From contig CAVTUQ010000002.1 in NCBI GenBank assembly GCA_963737905.1, positions 512,001 through 576,000 on the forward strand: 64,000 nucleotides of DNA, written 5' to 3'. This document shows, in pieces, positions 28,851-38,917 of this stretch (the first letter of the stretch is position 1; every line of letters begins with the position of its first letter). Source of the stretch: an uncultured delta proteobacterium (GTDB lineage Bacteria > Desulfobacterota > Binatia > UBA9968). Both the position numbers and the translations under genes were made by a program. The notes below the pieces were generated by a model, which saw only the letters and a list, made by a program, of their open reading frames with translations, ran no database searches and was not told the DNA's origin.

Positions 28851-29930
28851 TCAATTTCTAATGGTTTGAATAAACCAATCTAGAGGAAGTTCCTGTCCCA
28901 GCTTTTTCTCTTTGCAGAGGAGATACGCTAAATGACTCACTGCTGCGAACTGTACGCCGGTGCCTTCGCTTTTAAAAAAGGTGATCTCTTTTTCCGATTC
29001 TCGGCCGGAGACTTTTTTCACGAGAAGGTCCGTCAGATGAAATCGCTTGATTTTAGGAGATGCGGCTATAAGTCTCTCCTGTTCAGGCCCGCTGCCTCCT
29101 AAAGACGGAGGCCGCCAATCCTCAGGTGTAGTAAAATAGTTGAGACACAGGCCGCTTTGGTAACCTACGTATCGGTCTAGGCGACGGTAAACCTCTTCAT
29201 CTGGCTCCCGGTGATTAACAATCGATACATGCATCCCTTCTTCCAGCCACGCTCCATGGAGAATCGGACTACCGGCATCGCTGCACGCGGCTACAATGTC
29301 CGATTTCTCAACGGCTTCTTTCGGAGTGTTCATAGGAAGAACCTCAAAACCCAATTCCTCACTCATCTTTTTGCCGAACTGTTCTCGATGCAGCTTGTTG
29401 GGGCTGTAGACTTTGGCGAGCTGAATCCGTCTTATCGCCGCGTAGGCTCGCAGATGGGACTCGGCCATTCCCCCCGAGCCAAGAATACCGACTACCGTTG
29501 CATTTTCTCGAGCCATGAGCTTGCCCGCAACCGCCGTGGTGGCACCCACACGAATGTGCTGGATGATACCGTCATTGAGGATCGCCAGCGGCTCGCCATT
29601 CTGCGCCTTAAAAAGCAGAATGAGGCCGCAAAAACGTTCAGGTTCCATGCAATAATAATAGTTTCGTGTTTTTCCGTTGAGCGTGGGCCAGCAGAGAATG
29701 TCCGATTTAATCCGGATCGCGGCAACTCCGGCTCGCCTCAACCCACCTTCCATCGAGCTAAACCGATACCATCGCTCCGCACTCTCCGTGGGCAGATGCA
29801 TTTGCGACTTTGTGCGGTTTGCCCCACTGCCCAAGCCTTCTTCCTTGAATGCATCCTCCAGGACTTCAACGCACTGTTTCATGTTCAGGACTTGGCTGGC
29901 TGCCTCGTTGTTGATCAAAAGCATAGACAT
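28851..29930 (-). CDS. Ornithine cyclodeaminase/mu-crystallin family protein
   Basis: GEPLAIL....I...RVGA, GILGSGGMA, GRES..EIT.F...G.G.QFAAV. Confidence 0.88.
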   Translation of the reverse strand: MSMLLINNEAASQVLNMKQCVEVLEDAFKEEGLGSGANRTKSQMHLPTESAERWYRFSSMEGGLRRAGVAAIRIKSDILCWPTLNGKTRNYYYCMEPERFCGLILLFKAQNGEPLAILNDGIIQHIRVGATTAVAGKLMARENATVVGILGSGGMAESHLRAYAAIRRIQLAKVYSPNKLHREQFGKKMSEELGFEVLPMNTPKEAVEKSDIVAACSDAGSPILHGAWLEEGMHVSIVNHREPDEEVYRRLDRYVGYQSGLCLNYFTTPEDWRPPSLGGSGPEQERLIAASPKIKRFHLTDLLVKKVSGRESEKEITFFKSEGTGVQFAAVSHLAYLLCKEKKLGQELPLDWFIQTIRN

Positions 29931-30071
29931 GTCCTCTTTTCTGCTAGCCTGATCGAAACTTTCAGGAGTGTGTCTGCGATTCGAACGACCTCGATGGGAT
30001 TTTTCGGCAAGAGCATTACGTCCGATCGATCGGGGAGTGTTGGAATGAGAAAGAAAATCTCCGCTAGGTTC

Positions 30072-30563
30072 TTAGCGAGACACGACTTCCTGAATCGACG
30101 CGATAATTGCGGGATAGGCACCACAGCGGCAGATATTCCCGGAAAGCCATTCAGCGATTTCTTCTCTCGTCGGCGACGGATTCTGCAGCAGCAGGGCCTT
30201 GGCTGACATGATCTGCCCCGGCGTGCAAAAGCCGCACTGAGCGCCGACATTTCGCATAAACGCTTCTTGGAGAGGATCCAGTTGTCCTCCCTTGGCCAAT
30301 CCTTCAATGGTAAGCACGGATTTGTTGTGCGCCTCGAATGCCAGATAATTACAGGAACTGACGGGCTGGTCTTCAACCAAAACGGTACAGGCCCCGCACA
30401 CCTGCGACTCACAAGAACGTTTCGTTCCGGTAAGGCCCAACCGTATTCTGATAAACTCAAGCAAGGTTTCCTCGGCGGGCACAGACCCATCCCAACGGTT
30501 CCCATTTACGTGGACGTATAATTGAAGAGAATGGCTATCGGTTGGACTCTGGGGAGGTTCCAT
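30072..30563 (-). CDS. Mo-hydroxylase 2Fe-2S subunit (CoxS-like)
   Basis: GTKRSCESQVCGAC, QCGFCTPG, GNICRC. Confidence 0.93.
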   Translation of the reverse strand: MEPPQSPTDSHSLQLYVHVNGNRWDGSVPAEETLLEFIRIRLGLTGTKRSCESQVCGACTVLVEDQPVSSCNYLAFEAHNKSVLTIEGLAKGGQLDPLQEAFMRNVGAQCGFCTPGQIMSAKALLLQNPSPTREEIAEWLSGNICRCGAYPAIIASIQEVVSR

Positions 30564-31431
30564 TCGTATTCCTTTCAATGTCATTGACCGCGTCGTCCAA
30601 GGCGCGCTCCAATAGAATGACCGTGAGGTAAAGTTTATATTCCGCCGAACCCAACAGATCATCGATGGGTTCCAGCGTGCGGCGTAAATATGGCTTGGTC
30701 TCTTTGATGATCTTTTTGCTGTCGTTTAAAGTCGCGCCCCGGATTTTTGACTCAAGTTCGGCAAGCCGAACAGCCTTCGGCCCGATGCACCCTACGGCAA
30801 ACCGAACCTCTTCAATTTGCCCATTCTGACAACGTGCCGCGGCGGCCACTCCCAATGTGGGCCGCTGCAGTCGATGAATCCTCAAGTAAGAGCTACCAAA
30901 CCCCGCCGGTAATCGCGGGACATGGATCGCTACTAGCAGCTCGTCGGATTCTAGCGCGGTCGTGTACATACCGACGAGAAATTCCTGGAGTGGAATTTGT
31001 CTCTCCCCGCTCGGACCGTGAATCCTGACTTCTGCATCGTAAACCAACAGCGCCGTGGCGGGATCGGAATGCGGATCATTGAAACAAAGATTTCCCCCGA
31101 TTGTTCCCTGGCCTCGCACTCTTATGTTGGCGACTTGTGACTCGGCATGGGCAAGCATCGGCAACGCCTCACGAACGGTCGTATCCGTCTCCAACCGCCG
31201 GTGCGTCACAGCTGCTCCGATGACCACGCGATCGCTTTCCGATCCAATCCTGCTCAGTTCACCGATGGTTTTGATGTTGAGCAGATATTCGGTCCTGACC
31301 AAATTATGACGCAGGAGAATCAGTAACTCGGTTCCGCCGCCATACACCCTTACCTGGTCGCCTAAACGTGCTAGCTCATGCACGGCATCTGCGATTGAAT
31401 TCGTATTTAGGACTTTGAAGGCCGGAAGCAT
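30535..31431 (-). CDS. Mo-hydroxylase FAD subunit (CoxM-like)
   Basis: GGGTEL, IGAAVTH, RVR.QGTIGGNLC..DP.SD. Confidence 0.92.
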   Translation of the reverse strand: MLPAFKVLNTNSIADAVHELARLGDQVRVYGGGTELLILLRHNLVRTEYLLNIKTIGELSRIGSESDRVVIGAAVTHRRLETDTTVREALPMLAHAESQVANIRVRGQGTIGGNLCFNDPHSDPATALLVYDAEVRIHGPSGERQIPLQEFLVGMYTTALESDELLVAIHVPRLPAGFGSSYLRIHRLQRPTLGVAAAARCQNGQIEEVRFAVGCIGPKAVRLAELESKIRGATLNDSKKIIKETKPYLRRTLEPIDDLLGSAEYKLYLTVILLERALDDAVNDIERNTNGTSPESNR

Positions 31432-31444
31432 TGTCCACTCACAT

Positions 31445-33745
31445 TCACTGGAGTTTGCCCAAAGCAGCGAGAATCTTCTCAGGAGTGATGGGTAAAGATT
31501 TCACCCTGGCTCCGATGGCGTCGTAAATGGCGTTGCCGACAGCAGGGGCCACCGTGACGATAGATGTTTGGGACATGCCTTTGGAGCCAAAAGGACCGGG
31601 GCCGTCGCCGGCTTCTAAGATTGACGTGCTCATGGAGGCCGGTAAGTCCTTTAAAACCGGCAGACGGTATTGGAAAGGGTCCGCGTTCAAGATCTGGCCA
31701 TCAGAATAAACAACCTCCTCGAAGAGAGCATGTCCAAAACCCATGACAGCTCCACCAAGAAGCTGCGCAATTGCCGACCTATAATGCAGCACCTCGCCGG
31801 CATCCACCGCGACTGCATACTGAAGAACCCGAAATTCTCCGATGTCCGGATCGACTTCAACTTCGGCGATTGCTGCGCTGGGGGCCCAATGATCCATTCC
31901 TGCGAACGAAGACGAATCTTTTTGTACCGGCGGTGCTCGGTAAGCGCCTGCGCTTTGAATAGTCGCTTCCGGTCCAATCAGACTGACGATTTCCGCGAAT
32001 GGGAAGCTACGCTCGGCACGGCACAGGTAACCCTCGACAAGCCTCCATTCTTCCGGATTGCCTCCCTTTGTTTTCACCGCGGCTTCGATCATTTCGCGCT
32101 TCAAATTTTCGCAAGCATTATAGACGGCCGTTCCTAGTTGAATCGTAGTCCTCTGAGAGTTTACTCCCATAAACGCGAGCCTTAAGGCGGTATCGGGCTC
32201 GGCTACCGATACCTGTTCCTGTGGTATCCCCAAAGATCTCGCCGCAATCACGCTTATGACATTGAAAATTCCTTGACCTAGATCCGGCGCGTTGTGACGA
32301 ATGGTTATCAACCCTTTAGTATCGGCAATCGCCAACGCATCGGTTTGTCCACCCCCAAACGACCCATGACGCAAACCCAGAGCCATTCCCCGTCCTCGGA
32401 TGTAGCGGGATTTAGCCGGTCTTGTTTCCTCCGTGTCGGCGGCGAAAGAATCTTCCGGACTTTCTGTAGCAGCCGTGACCCTGTCGATGAGCTCCAAAAA
32501 ATCCGTGTCCATATGAGGGGTGCCTCTAGTAACAAATTCTCCTCTGACTAAAACATTCTTTCTTCGAAACGTCGTTGGTGCCATCCCCAGTTGTCGAGCG
32601 ACACTATCGATTAGACATTCGATCGCCCAGGTCGTCTGAACCTTGCCTGTAGCGCGCGTATGCCCGGCAGGCACTTTATTGGTATAGGCGCACCGACCAT
32701 GGATGCGTAGATGAGGAACACGATAACAGCCCCATGCGGAAATAACCGCGTTGTGCGTAGCCGTCGCGGCGCCCGTTGTATAGGCCCCGGTATCCACGAC
32801 AATGTCCACCTGTAAGGCCGTTATCGTACCGTCGAGCTTGACTCCCATTTTGGCCTTGAAGAGCATCGCGTGACGAGAATTCTGTTTAAAACTTTCTTGT
32901 GCGGAGGGAACTAACTTGATGGGTCGGCCGCCTATTTTCTTTGAGAGAAAGAGAGCGGCCAGGTGTGCGTTGGTGATGTTCTTGGAACCGAAGCCTCCGC
33001 CGATGAAAGGAACCCTGAGCCGGACGCTTTCTGGAGGAAGTCGAAAAAAATGGGCGATTTCATTTCCATCTCGAAAAGGAGCGTTGGTCGGCACCCAAAG
33101 ATCTATCTTGCCATCCGCATATTGGGCCATGCACCCGCCGACGTTTTCCATGGGATGGTGAAACATAGCAGGAGAATCGTAAGTTTCTTCAAAGATTCGA
33201 TCCGCCTCGTTGAATCCTTGTTCAACATGTCCCCATTCCATCCTATCTTGCAGAAGCAGGTTGGTTCCCTTTTGCTCGTGAATCAGTGGGGCCCCGGGGC
33301 TAAGCGCCTCCGTGGCATCATAGAGCTGTGGCAGAGGCTCATAGACGACGTCGATAAGATCTACGGCACGCTGTGCCGTCCGCAGATCTTCGGCAGCGAC
33401 GATAGCAACGACTTCGCCGTTGAAACGAACCTTGTCGATCGCGAGGAAGGGCTGATCTTCACTCAGCTTGAAGTGCTCGTTTCTCGGCAACGGCCGCAGC
33501 GGATGAAATCCTTCGAGATGATCGCGATGCAAAACGCCGAGAACACCGGGCAACTCAGTCGCTTTGCATGCATCGATAGACAAAATCTTTGCGTGAGAAT
33601 ACTCACTGGTGAGTACGGCACCGTAGGCAAGATCAGAAGGCTCGGGGAGATCTTCAATATATTTTGCCCCACCCGTTACTTTCGCCCGCATATCGATGCG
33701 GGGAGCATTTTGTAGACGTTCTCTCATTCCTGTCGTCGCAGGCAT
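31445..33745 (-). CDS. Mo-hydroxylase molybdopterin-binding subunit (CoxL/XdhA-like)
   Basis: KVTG.AKY..D, HPME, IGGGFGSK, DTGAY, DLGQG, GPGPFGSKG. Confidence 0.93.
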   Translation of the reverse strand: MPATTGMRERLQNAPRIDMRAKVTGGAKYIEDLPEPSDLAYGAVLTSEYSHAKILSIDACKATELPGVLGVLHRDHLEGFHPLRPLPRNEHFKLSEDQPFLAIDKVRFNGEVVAIVAAEDLRTAQRAVDLIDVVYEPLPQLYDATEALSPGAPLIHEQKGTNLLLQDRMEWGHVEQGFNEADRIFEETYDSPAMFHHPMENVGGCMAQYADGKIDLWVPTNAPFRDGNEIAHFFRLPPESVRLRVPFIGGGFGSKNITNAHLAALFLSKKIGGRPIKLVPSAQESFKQNSRHAMLFKAKMGVKLDGTITALQVDIVVDTGAYTTGAATATHNAVISAWGCYRVPHLRIHGRCAYTNKVPAGHTRATGKVQTTWAIECLIDSVARQLGMAPTTFRRKNVLVRGEFVTRGTPHMDTDFLELIDRVTAATESPEDSFAADTEETRPAKSRYIRGRGMALGLRHGSFGGGQTDALAIADTKGLITIRHNAPDLGQGIFNVISVIAARSLGIPQEQVSVAEPDTALRLAFMGVNSQRTTIQLGTAVYNACENLKREMIEAAVKTKGGNPEEWRLVEGYLCRAERSFPFAEIVSLIGPEATIQSAGAYRAPPVQKDSSSFAGMDHWAPSAAIAEVEVDPDIGEFRVLQYAVAVDAGEVLHYRSAIAQLLGGAVMGFGHALFEEVVYSDGQILNADPFQYRLPVLKDLPASMSTSILEAGDGPGPFGSKGMSQTSIVTVAPAVGNAIYDAIGARVKSLPITPEKILAALGKLQ

Positions 33746-33758
33746 CGGCTTGGTTCCT

Positions 33759-34715
33759 CTATTTAGTGATGCCCAATTCGCGCCGGGCCTCTCGCAAAGC
33801 GCTGTCATCCACGATCTCGTCTATGGCAATCGGCCGAGTGATACCCAAAGAGCTCCGAAAACCGTCGATCACCACGCGCAGCCCGTCCTCCGGTATGTTC
33901 GCGTCATGACTAAAATATTTCCATGCGGAGTCATAAGAGGCCTCCGCCAATTCCGGCTTCGTTTTGGTCCATTCGATCAACACTCGAATTGTTCCGTCTC
34001 TATTCTTGCGGATGTAATTGTTTGCTTTGATGAGCGCTCGAATCGCCCTTTTTACCTGGTCCGGTCGCTCTTTGATTTTTTTGGTATTCGTTCCCAACCC
34101 ATTGTAGGGAAAAGTAAAAATATCACCCGCCCGAGCTAATACGTTGAAGCCCAATTTCTTGCCTTCATAGTCAATCGGCGGGGCCACAATGATGGCATCC
34201 ACGATGCCTTCTTTTAGCGCGGCTAATCGGGCGGCATCCGTGCCGAGGCCAATGGCTTTGATTTCCTTTTCCGGGTCAACGCCGAAATGCCTCAAGACCA
34301 TCCGACCCACGACATCCGGCGTTGATCCATAGGATGGGATGCCGATGGTTTTTCCTCGCAAATCTTTCATCGATTTGAATTCCGACCGGGCAACAAAAAC
34401 AATCGGGGTCCGATCTTGGGAACAGGCGACCAGCTTGAGGGGAGCGCCCTTGATCGCGGCGCCGATAAGAGAACCGATCAACGCTGAAAAATCGATGTCG
34501 CCGGTCACCGCCGCCGTCGTCGCCACGTTGGGATTCATCCGGATGACTTCGGAATCAAATCCCTCTTCCTTGAAAAAACCTCTCGAATGCGCGACTCCCA
34601 TCGAGAGGCTTGAGAGATTGTAATTGGAGACTCCGATCCTGAGTCTTTCAGCTCCGTAAGCGGATCCCAGCGACAAAGCCAGGAGTGCGATGATCGTGCG
34701 ACTAACAAGATTCAT
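33759..34715 (-). CDS. ABC substrate-binding protein (NMT1/TauA-like)
   Basis: Signal peptide; RGFFKEEG, DLRGKTIG, GVDPEKE, ARLAAL. Confidence 0.87.
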   Translation of the reverse strand: MNLVSRTIIALLALSLGSAYGAERLRIGVSNYNLSSLSMGVAHSRGFFKEEGFDSEVIRMNPNVATTAAVTGDIDFSALIGSLIGAAIKGAPLKLVACSQDRTPIVFVARSEFKSMKDLRGKTIGIPSYGSTPDVVGRMVLRHFGVDPEKEIKAIGLGTDAARLAALKEGIVDAIIVAPPIDYEGKKLGFNVLARAGDIFTFPYNGLGTNTKKIKERPDQVKRAIRALIKANNYIRKNRDGTIRVLIEWTKTKPELAEASYDSAWKYFSHDANIPEDGLRVVIDGFRSSLGITRPIAIDEIVDDSALREARRELGITK

Positions 34716-34797
34716 GGGATTCTCATTATTCCGATCCATCGCAAAGTATACCCGTCGGACTGATTGGCTTAGGATTCGCTTGTGCCATTTCTCAGGT

Positions 34798-35469
34798 TTA
34801 GGCGTATGCCTGGTAAAGCCCGTCGAACTTCATGATATTCAGCCGCACAATCCAATCGGCGACATCATAAACGATCTGTTCCTCTCCCGGGGCGCAGTGT
34901 CGACTGACGTAATTCGCGGCATCCTTTGTGTGCTCCTCATCGGCGACCTTGTGCATCGTAAAGAACTGGCAACCTTGATCGTTTAGACCATAGTGCTTGC
35001 GTAAATGAGTATCGAATTCGTCTGAATAGCGAGTGAGGATAGTCTCGTTGGTAAACCCGGAGATGCGGGTTTCTATCGGCGAGCCTAAATATCGATTGCG
35101 AAGGACAACACTCATGTGCAGTAGATTCTCGAATGTCGGTCGCGCTTTCTGAAAGTCTTCGTCTTTAAGCCCCATCGCCGCACCAAAGCGCTTGACCAGA
35201 TTCGGATGATGTTGTTCCTCGGTGAACTTCTCGGCAAACGCACCGTAGAGCTCGGCATCGTGCGCATATTTGAACATGCAAATGACCTGGCCCTTGGCGA
35301 TCGTGATGTTGTAAAGATAGTGCTGTAACGCCCAGGCTTGAATTCTGCGCTTCGAGAGTTTTCCCGAACGAAGCTCCGTGAAATAATTGCTTTCAAGTAG
35401 TCGTTTAATCCCCGGCTCGATCACCTCGGACATAACAGATTCTATTACCGTTGGCTTCTCAGCCTTCAT
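34798..35469 (-). CDS. Heme-oxygenase-like diiron protein (CADD/PqqC/TenA fold)
   Basis: W..Q.Y, EEQHH, NE, FF.MH..ADEEH ligand pattern. Confidence 0.8.
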   Translation of the reverse strand: MKAEKPTVIESVMSEVIEPGIKRLLESNYFTELRSGKLSKRRIQAWALQHYLYNITIAKGQVICMFKYAHDAELYGAFAEKFTEEQHHPNLVKRFGAAMGLKDEDFQKARPTFENLLHMSVVLRNRYLGSPIETRISGFTNETILTRYSDEFDTHLRKHYGLNDQGCQFFTMHKVADEEHTKDAANYVSRHCAPGEEQIVYDVADWIVRLNIMKFDGLYQAYA

Positions 35470-35537
35470 CGTAGATAAACCTCCTCGCTTTAGTATTTAA
35501 CCTGCGACCTGTTCCATCGAGATCATTCGCTCGCCGC

Positions 35538-36551
35538 TCATGCTTTCATAACTTCTTCGCGATAGTAGCCGAGGGCGCTGAGCGCCGGCTTATTGCTCAT
35601 CACGAAGAGAATGGCCGGTTCAGTCGACCGATTCTCGTGATAATGGAAGTGCCAAAGCGGCACCGAGAACGAGTCGCCACATTCCCATTCATAGCGGACA
35701 TTGTCGATAACCGTAATGCCCTTGCCTTTGAATACATGATAAACGGTTGAGCTCGTGTGGCGATGGACCCAGGTTTTTTCACCAGGCCTCAGCATTTGAA
35801 TGCCACAGGCGAGTGTCGGGAGTGTAGAGCCGCCGGTTAGCGGGTTCACATATTCGAGAAGTATTCCTTCGTAGGGATCTCCCGGTTTCTCTCCCAACTG
35901 TTTGAGCGTTTTCTCGGTTTCCTTCCAACTGTAACGATACCCCGGAGGCTGATTGGAAACCTGCCGGAGCCAGCTGGGTCGAACCAGATTGAACTCGGCA
36001 AGCGTGGTTCCCGCTGCTTTGGAGACTGTTTGCTTGCCATCTTCATGCGGCTCATGAAAACCGACTTCGAAAAAACGCATCAGAGGGGAATCCAAGGCAT
36101 CGATCCACAGAACCGGCTGATTGGAGTTGTTGACGTGCTCATGCCAGGTCCAATTGGGATTGGTAAGAAAGTCACCTTCCTCCATGTCGAAGGACTCACC
36201 CTCAACCACACAGCTAGCTCCCTTGCCCTTAATGACGAATCGTACCCCGGCTTGCGTATGTCGATGGGCGATAGCGTGTTCGCCGGGCTGTAGCATTTGA
36301 ATATTGAACTGAAAAGTGTGAGCCGTAGTGCCTTTGGAAGGACTGCACAGACGGATAACCCTTCTAGAAACCGTTTCCAAACCAACTACTTCACCGGCCT
36401 GAACAATCGCGTCCTGGACATCTTTCCACTTCCAAAGGCAGGGTTCGAAGCTTGAAACCGGTTCGCGATAGACTTCTCCTTCCGAAGTTTCCCAGTAACC
36501 CGCCAAATTTTTTTTCTTTAGCTCCGAACTAAACTCCTTCAAGTCTCTCAT
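35538..36551 (-). CDS. Gentisate 1,2-dioxygenase-like bicupin
   Basis: PGEHA.AHRHTQ...RF..., P.W.WHEH, W.D.LD.P, YVNP.TGG, HRHTSS.VYHV. Confidence 0.88.
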   Translation of the reverse strand: MRDLKEFSSELKKKNLAGYWETSEGEVYREPVSSFEPCLWKWKDVQDAIVQAGEVVGLETVSRRVIRLCSPSKGTTAHTFQFNIQMLQPGEHAIAHRHTQAGVRFVIKGKGASCVVEGESFDMEEGDFLTNPNWTWHEHVNNSNQPVLWIDALDSPLMRFFEVGFHEPHEDGKQTVSKAAGTTLAEFNLVRPSWLRQVSNQPPGYRYSWKETEKTLKQLGEKPGDPYEGILLEYVNPLTGGSTLPTLACGIQMLRPGEKTWVHRHTSSTVYHVFKGKGITVIDNVRYEWECGDSFSVPLWHFHYHENRSTEPAILFVMSNKPALSALGYYREEVMKA

Positions 36552-36926
36552 AAACCGACCTCACACCCAAAAGCCCTAAAGGCATTTTTACCAAGACCAG
36601 ATCGCTTTCGTCTGTGTTTAGATCATCCCGTTGCATCAACTCTCCAGTCGCCATGATTCGGCTACCGCCAGACTTAGCTTTTCCACTCGACTCAATTTGC
36701 AGAAATTATGTGCTTGCGTTGAGCTTGTCAATCCAATTGTTCCGAGTCTTGCAATGCACTAACTTGAAAAGCAGGGTGTCCAAAGCTTCCACCCGTGCTT
36801 TCAGCTTCTTTCCTGGTCATTTCAAATCTGTATACTGGGTATAATTCGAGGACCAGCGCTGCAAGCGAATCATCGTTAAGACAACCCGGAAGTAGACATC
36901 CAAACACCATATCGACGCGAGGGTTA

Positions 36927-38897
36927 ATGAAACAGGCCGAACCGAAAAATCCTGTGTGGGACTCGACGCGCTCCATCCTGGTGACCGCCGTAATCGATAA
37001 GTGCAATATGCGGTTCGTGGCTGTTGGCCTGCTGGGGTTGGTCATCGACCTCCTGTTATTCCAACTGTTCTTTGCCTTAGGACTAAGCTTTGAAGCCTCT
37101 CAAATCACCAGTTTTTTTGCGGGGGCGATCCTTAATTTCTCGCTGAACCTTCATCGAAGCGCATCGGAGCTAAAATCATCTAGCTTTCGATGGATGCTCC
37201 ATGCCAGATTCTTGTTGGTGGCGCTTCTGGCACTGCTTCTTCGCAGCGCTGTTCTTATGCTGCTCATCGGGACCTGGCATTGGCAGCCGCAGACAGCCAT
37301 CGTGGTGGGGATCCTTATGGCCACTGCTGCTTTTCTCGTGGGGTCGGTTTTTTTTATAGATCTTCAATCCGATGCGAATAGTGACCCCACCCTCCGCTGG
37401 CCAGTGGTGACGATCGGCGTTGTAAGCTATGCCTTGATCCTTAAGTTGATCTTCATGGGCTGTGTGAATCTGATTCCAGAGGAGGCCTATTACTGGAACT
37501 ATGCCCAGCATTTGGATTGGGGTTATCTCGATCATCCACCCATGGTTGCTTGGTTGATCTGGCTTTCCACATCTATATTTGGCAAATCCGAAGTTTCTGT
37601 TCGCCTGCCGGCTTATATCTGTTGGATCATCGCAGGCATGTTCATGTTCCGTCTCACTCTGAACCTCTATGACAGGACTGCCGCTTTCCGAACTATTCTA
37701 CTTCTGGCGGTGCTGCCAATTTATTTTGGCCTGGGCTTTTTCATGACACCAGACGCCCCTCTGTACGCTGCTTGGGCTGGCTGCCTCTACTTCCTGGAGC
37801 GCGCACTGATTGCTCAGAACCGCCGAGCATGGTGGGGGGTGGGACTGTGCTTAGGGCTCGGAATGCTGTCGAAATACACGGCTGCGCTTCTGGGCCTTGG
37901 GACGTTGACGTTTTTGTTGATTGACCGGCGGTCCCGACGTTGGCTATTCCGGCCCGAGCCCTATATCGCGGCACTCACGGCTGTCATCCTCTTTTCACCC
38001 GTAATCCTCTGGAACTTGCGGAACGGATGGATGTCTTTTATCTTTCAGGGATCTAATCGTTGGACGGGCAGTCATGATTTCTCTCTCCACCTGCTGATTG
38101 GGACCATTCTACTTCTCCTTACCCCCACGGCCATGCTCGCCATTGTGCGGGTCCTTTTACCGCACAAGTTGGAAGGAGCGAGCACTGCTCCTACTAATAA
38201 TAAGAAGCAACAATATTTCTGGGCCGTCACATTCACGCTCGTGCCTCTCTCTGTGTTTGTAATCTACAGCCTCCTCTACAAGCCAAAACTCAATTGGACG
38301 GCACCGATCTGGCTGGCGGTGATTCCGCTGCTCGCCTGGGATATGGTCCCTCCCTGGGGTCAGATTAAAGGGTCGCTCGCGCAGTTCAGTCGGCGATTGT
38401 GGATGCCAACTATCATTGCTCTTCTCTTCATCGATGGTGGAGCTTTCTATTATATCTCGCTGGGATTACCCGGCGCGGGTCCAATGACAGCGGATCGTCT
38501 TTTTGGAGAGTGGCGAATACTTGCAAACAGCGTTGAGACGGTTGAGAGACGGGTTAAGCTGGAAACGGGATCTAAACCGGTTATTGTTGGCATGGACAAG
38601 AACTTTATCTCAAGCGAGCTCAGTTTCTATGACTCAGTTGACCATGACGGACCCAAAAATACGGGAGGGGTTCATTTTTTTGGTAGCCGAAGCCTGATGT
38701 GGGCTGTCTGGTTTCCCCGGTCGGCGGCGGTTGGCAGGGATTTCCTGATGATTGACCTTAATCGCAAAAGCCTTACGTTCCCATCGCTGCCCCAGTATTT
38801 TGACATGGTCGGTGATGTTTTCGAGGAAACATTAACCAGAGACGGGCGGGTGGTTGGATATTTTTACTGGCGTGTCGGCTATCGCTACCGGGGCTGA
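36927..38897 (+). CDS. GtrA-like domain fused to a GT-C (ArnT/PMT, GT83) glycosyltransferase
   Basis: RFVAVGLLG..ID...NF.LN GtrA pattern; EEAYYW..AQHLD.GYLDHPP, TPDAP, LSKYT; start uncertain (36927 or 37008). Confidence 0.85.
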   Translation: MKQAEPKNPVWDSTRSILVTAVIDKCNMRFVAVGLLGLVIDLLLFQLFFALGLSFEASQITSFFAGAILNFSLNLHRSASELKSSSFRWMLHARFLLVALLALLLRSAVLMLLIGTWHWQPQTAIVVGILMATAAFLVGSVFFIDLQSDANSDPTLRWPVVTIGVVSYALILKLIFMGCVNLIPEEAYYWNYAQHLDWGYLDHPPMVAWLIWLSTSIFGKSEVSVRLPAYICWIIAGMFMFRLTLNLYDRTAAFRTILLLAVLPIYFGLGFFMTPDAPLYAAWAGCLYFLERALIAQNRRAWWGVGLCLGLGMLSKYTAALLGLGTLTFLLIDRRSRRWLFRPEPYIAALTAVILFSPVILWNLRNGWMSFIFQGSNRWTGSHDFSLHLLIGTILLLLTPTAMLAIVRVLLPHKLEGASTAPTNNKKQQYFWAVTFTLVPLSVFVIYSLLYKPKLNWTAPIWLAVIPLLAWDMVPPWGQIKGSLAQFSRRLWMPTIIALLFIDGGAFYYISLGLPGAGPMTADRLFGEWRILANSVETVERRVKLETGSKPVIVGMDKNFISSELSFYDSVDHDGPKNTGGVHFFGSRSLMWAVWFPRSAAVGRDFLMIDLNRKSLTFPSLPQYFDMVGDVFEETLTRDGRVVGYFYWRVGYRYRG

Positions 38898-38917
38898 TAT
38901 TCGCGACAAAACGGCCC

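Noticed and set aside
31445-33745. Aerobic CO dehydrogenase CoxL
   Set aside because: Lacks the AYxCSFR (form I) and AYRGAGR (form II) active-site loops.
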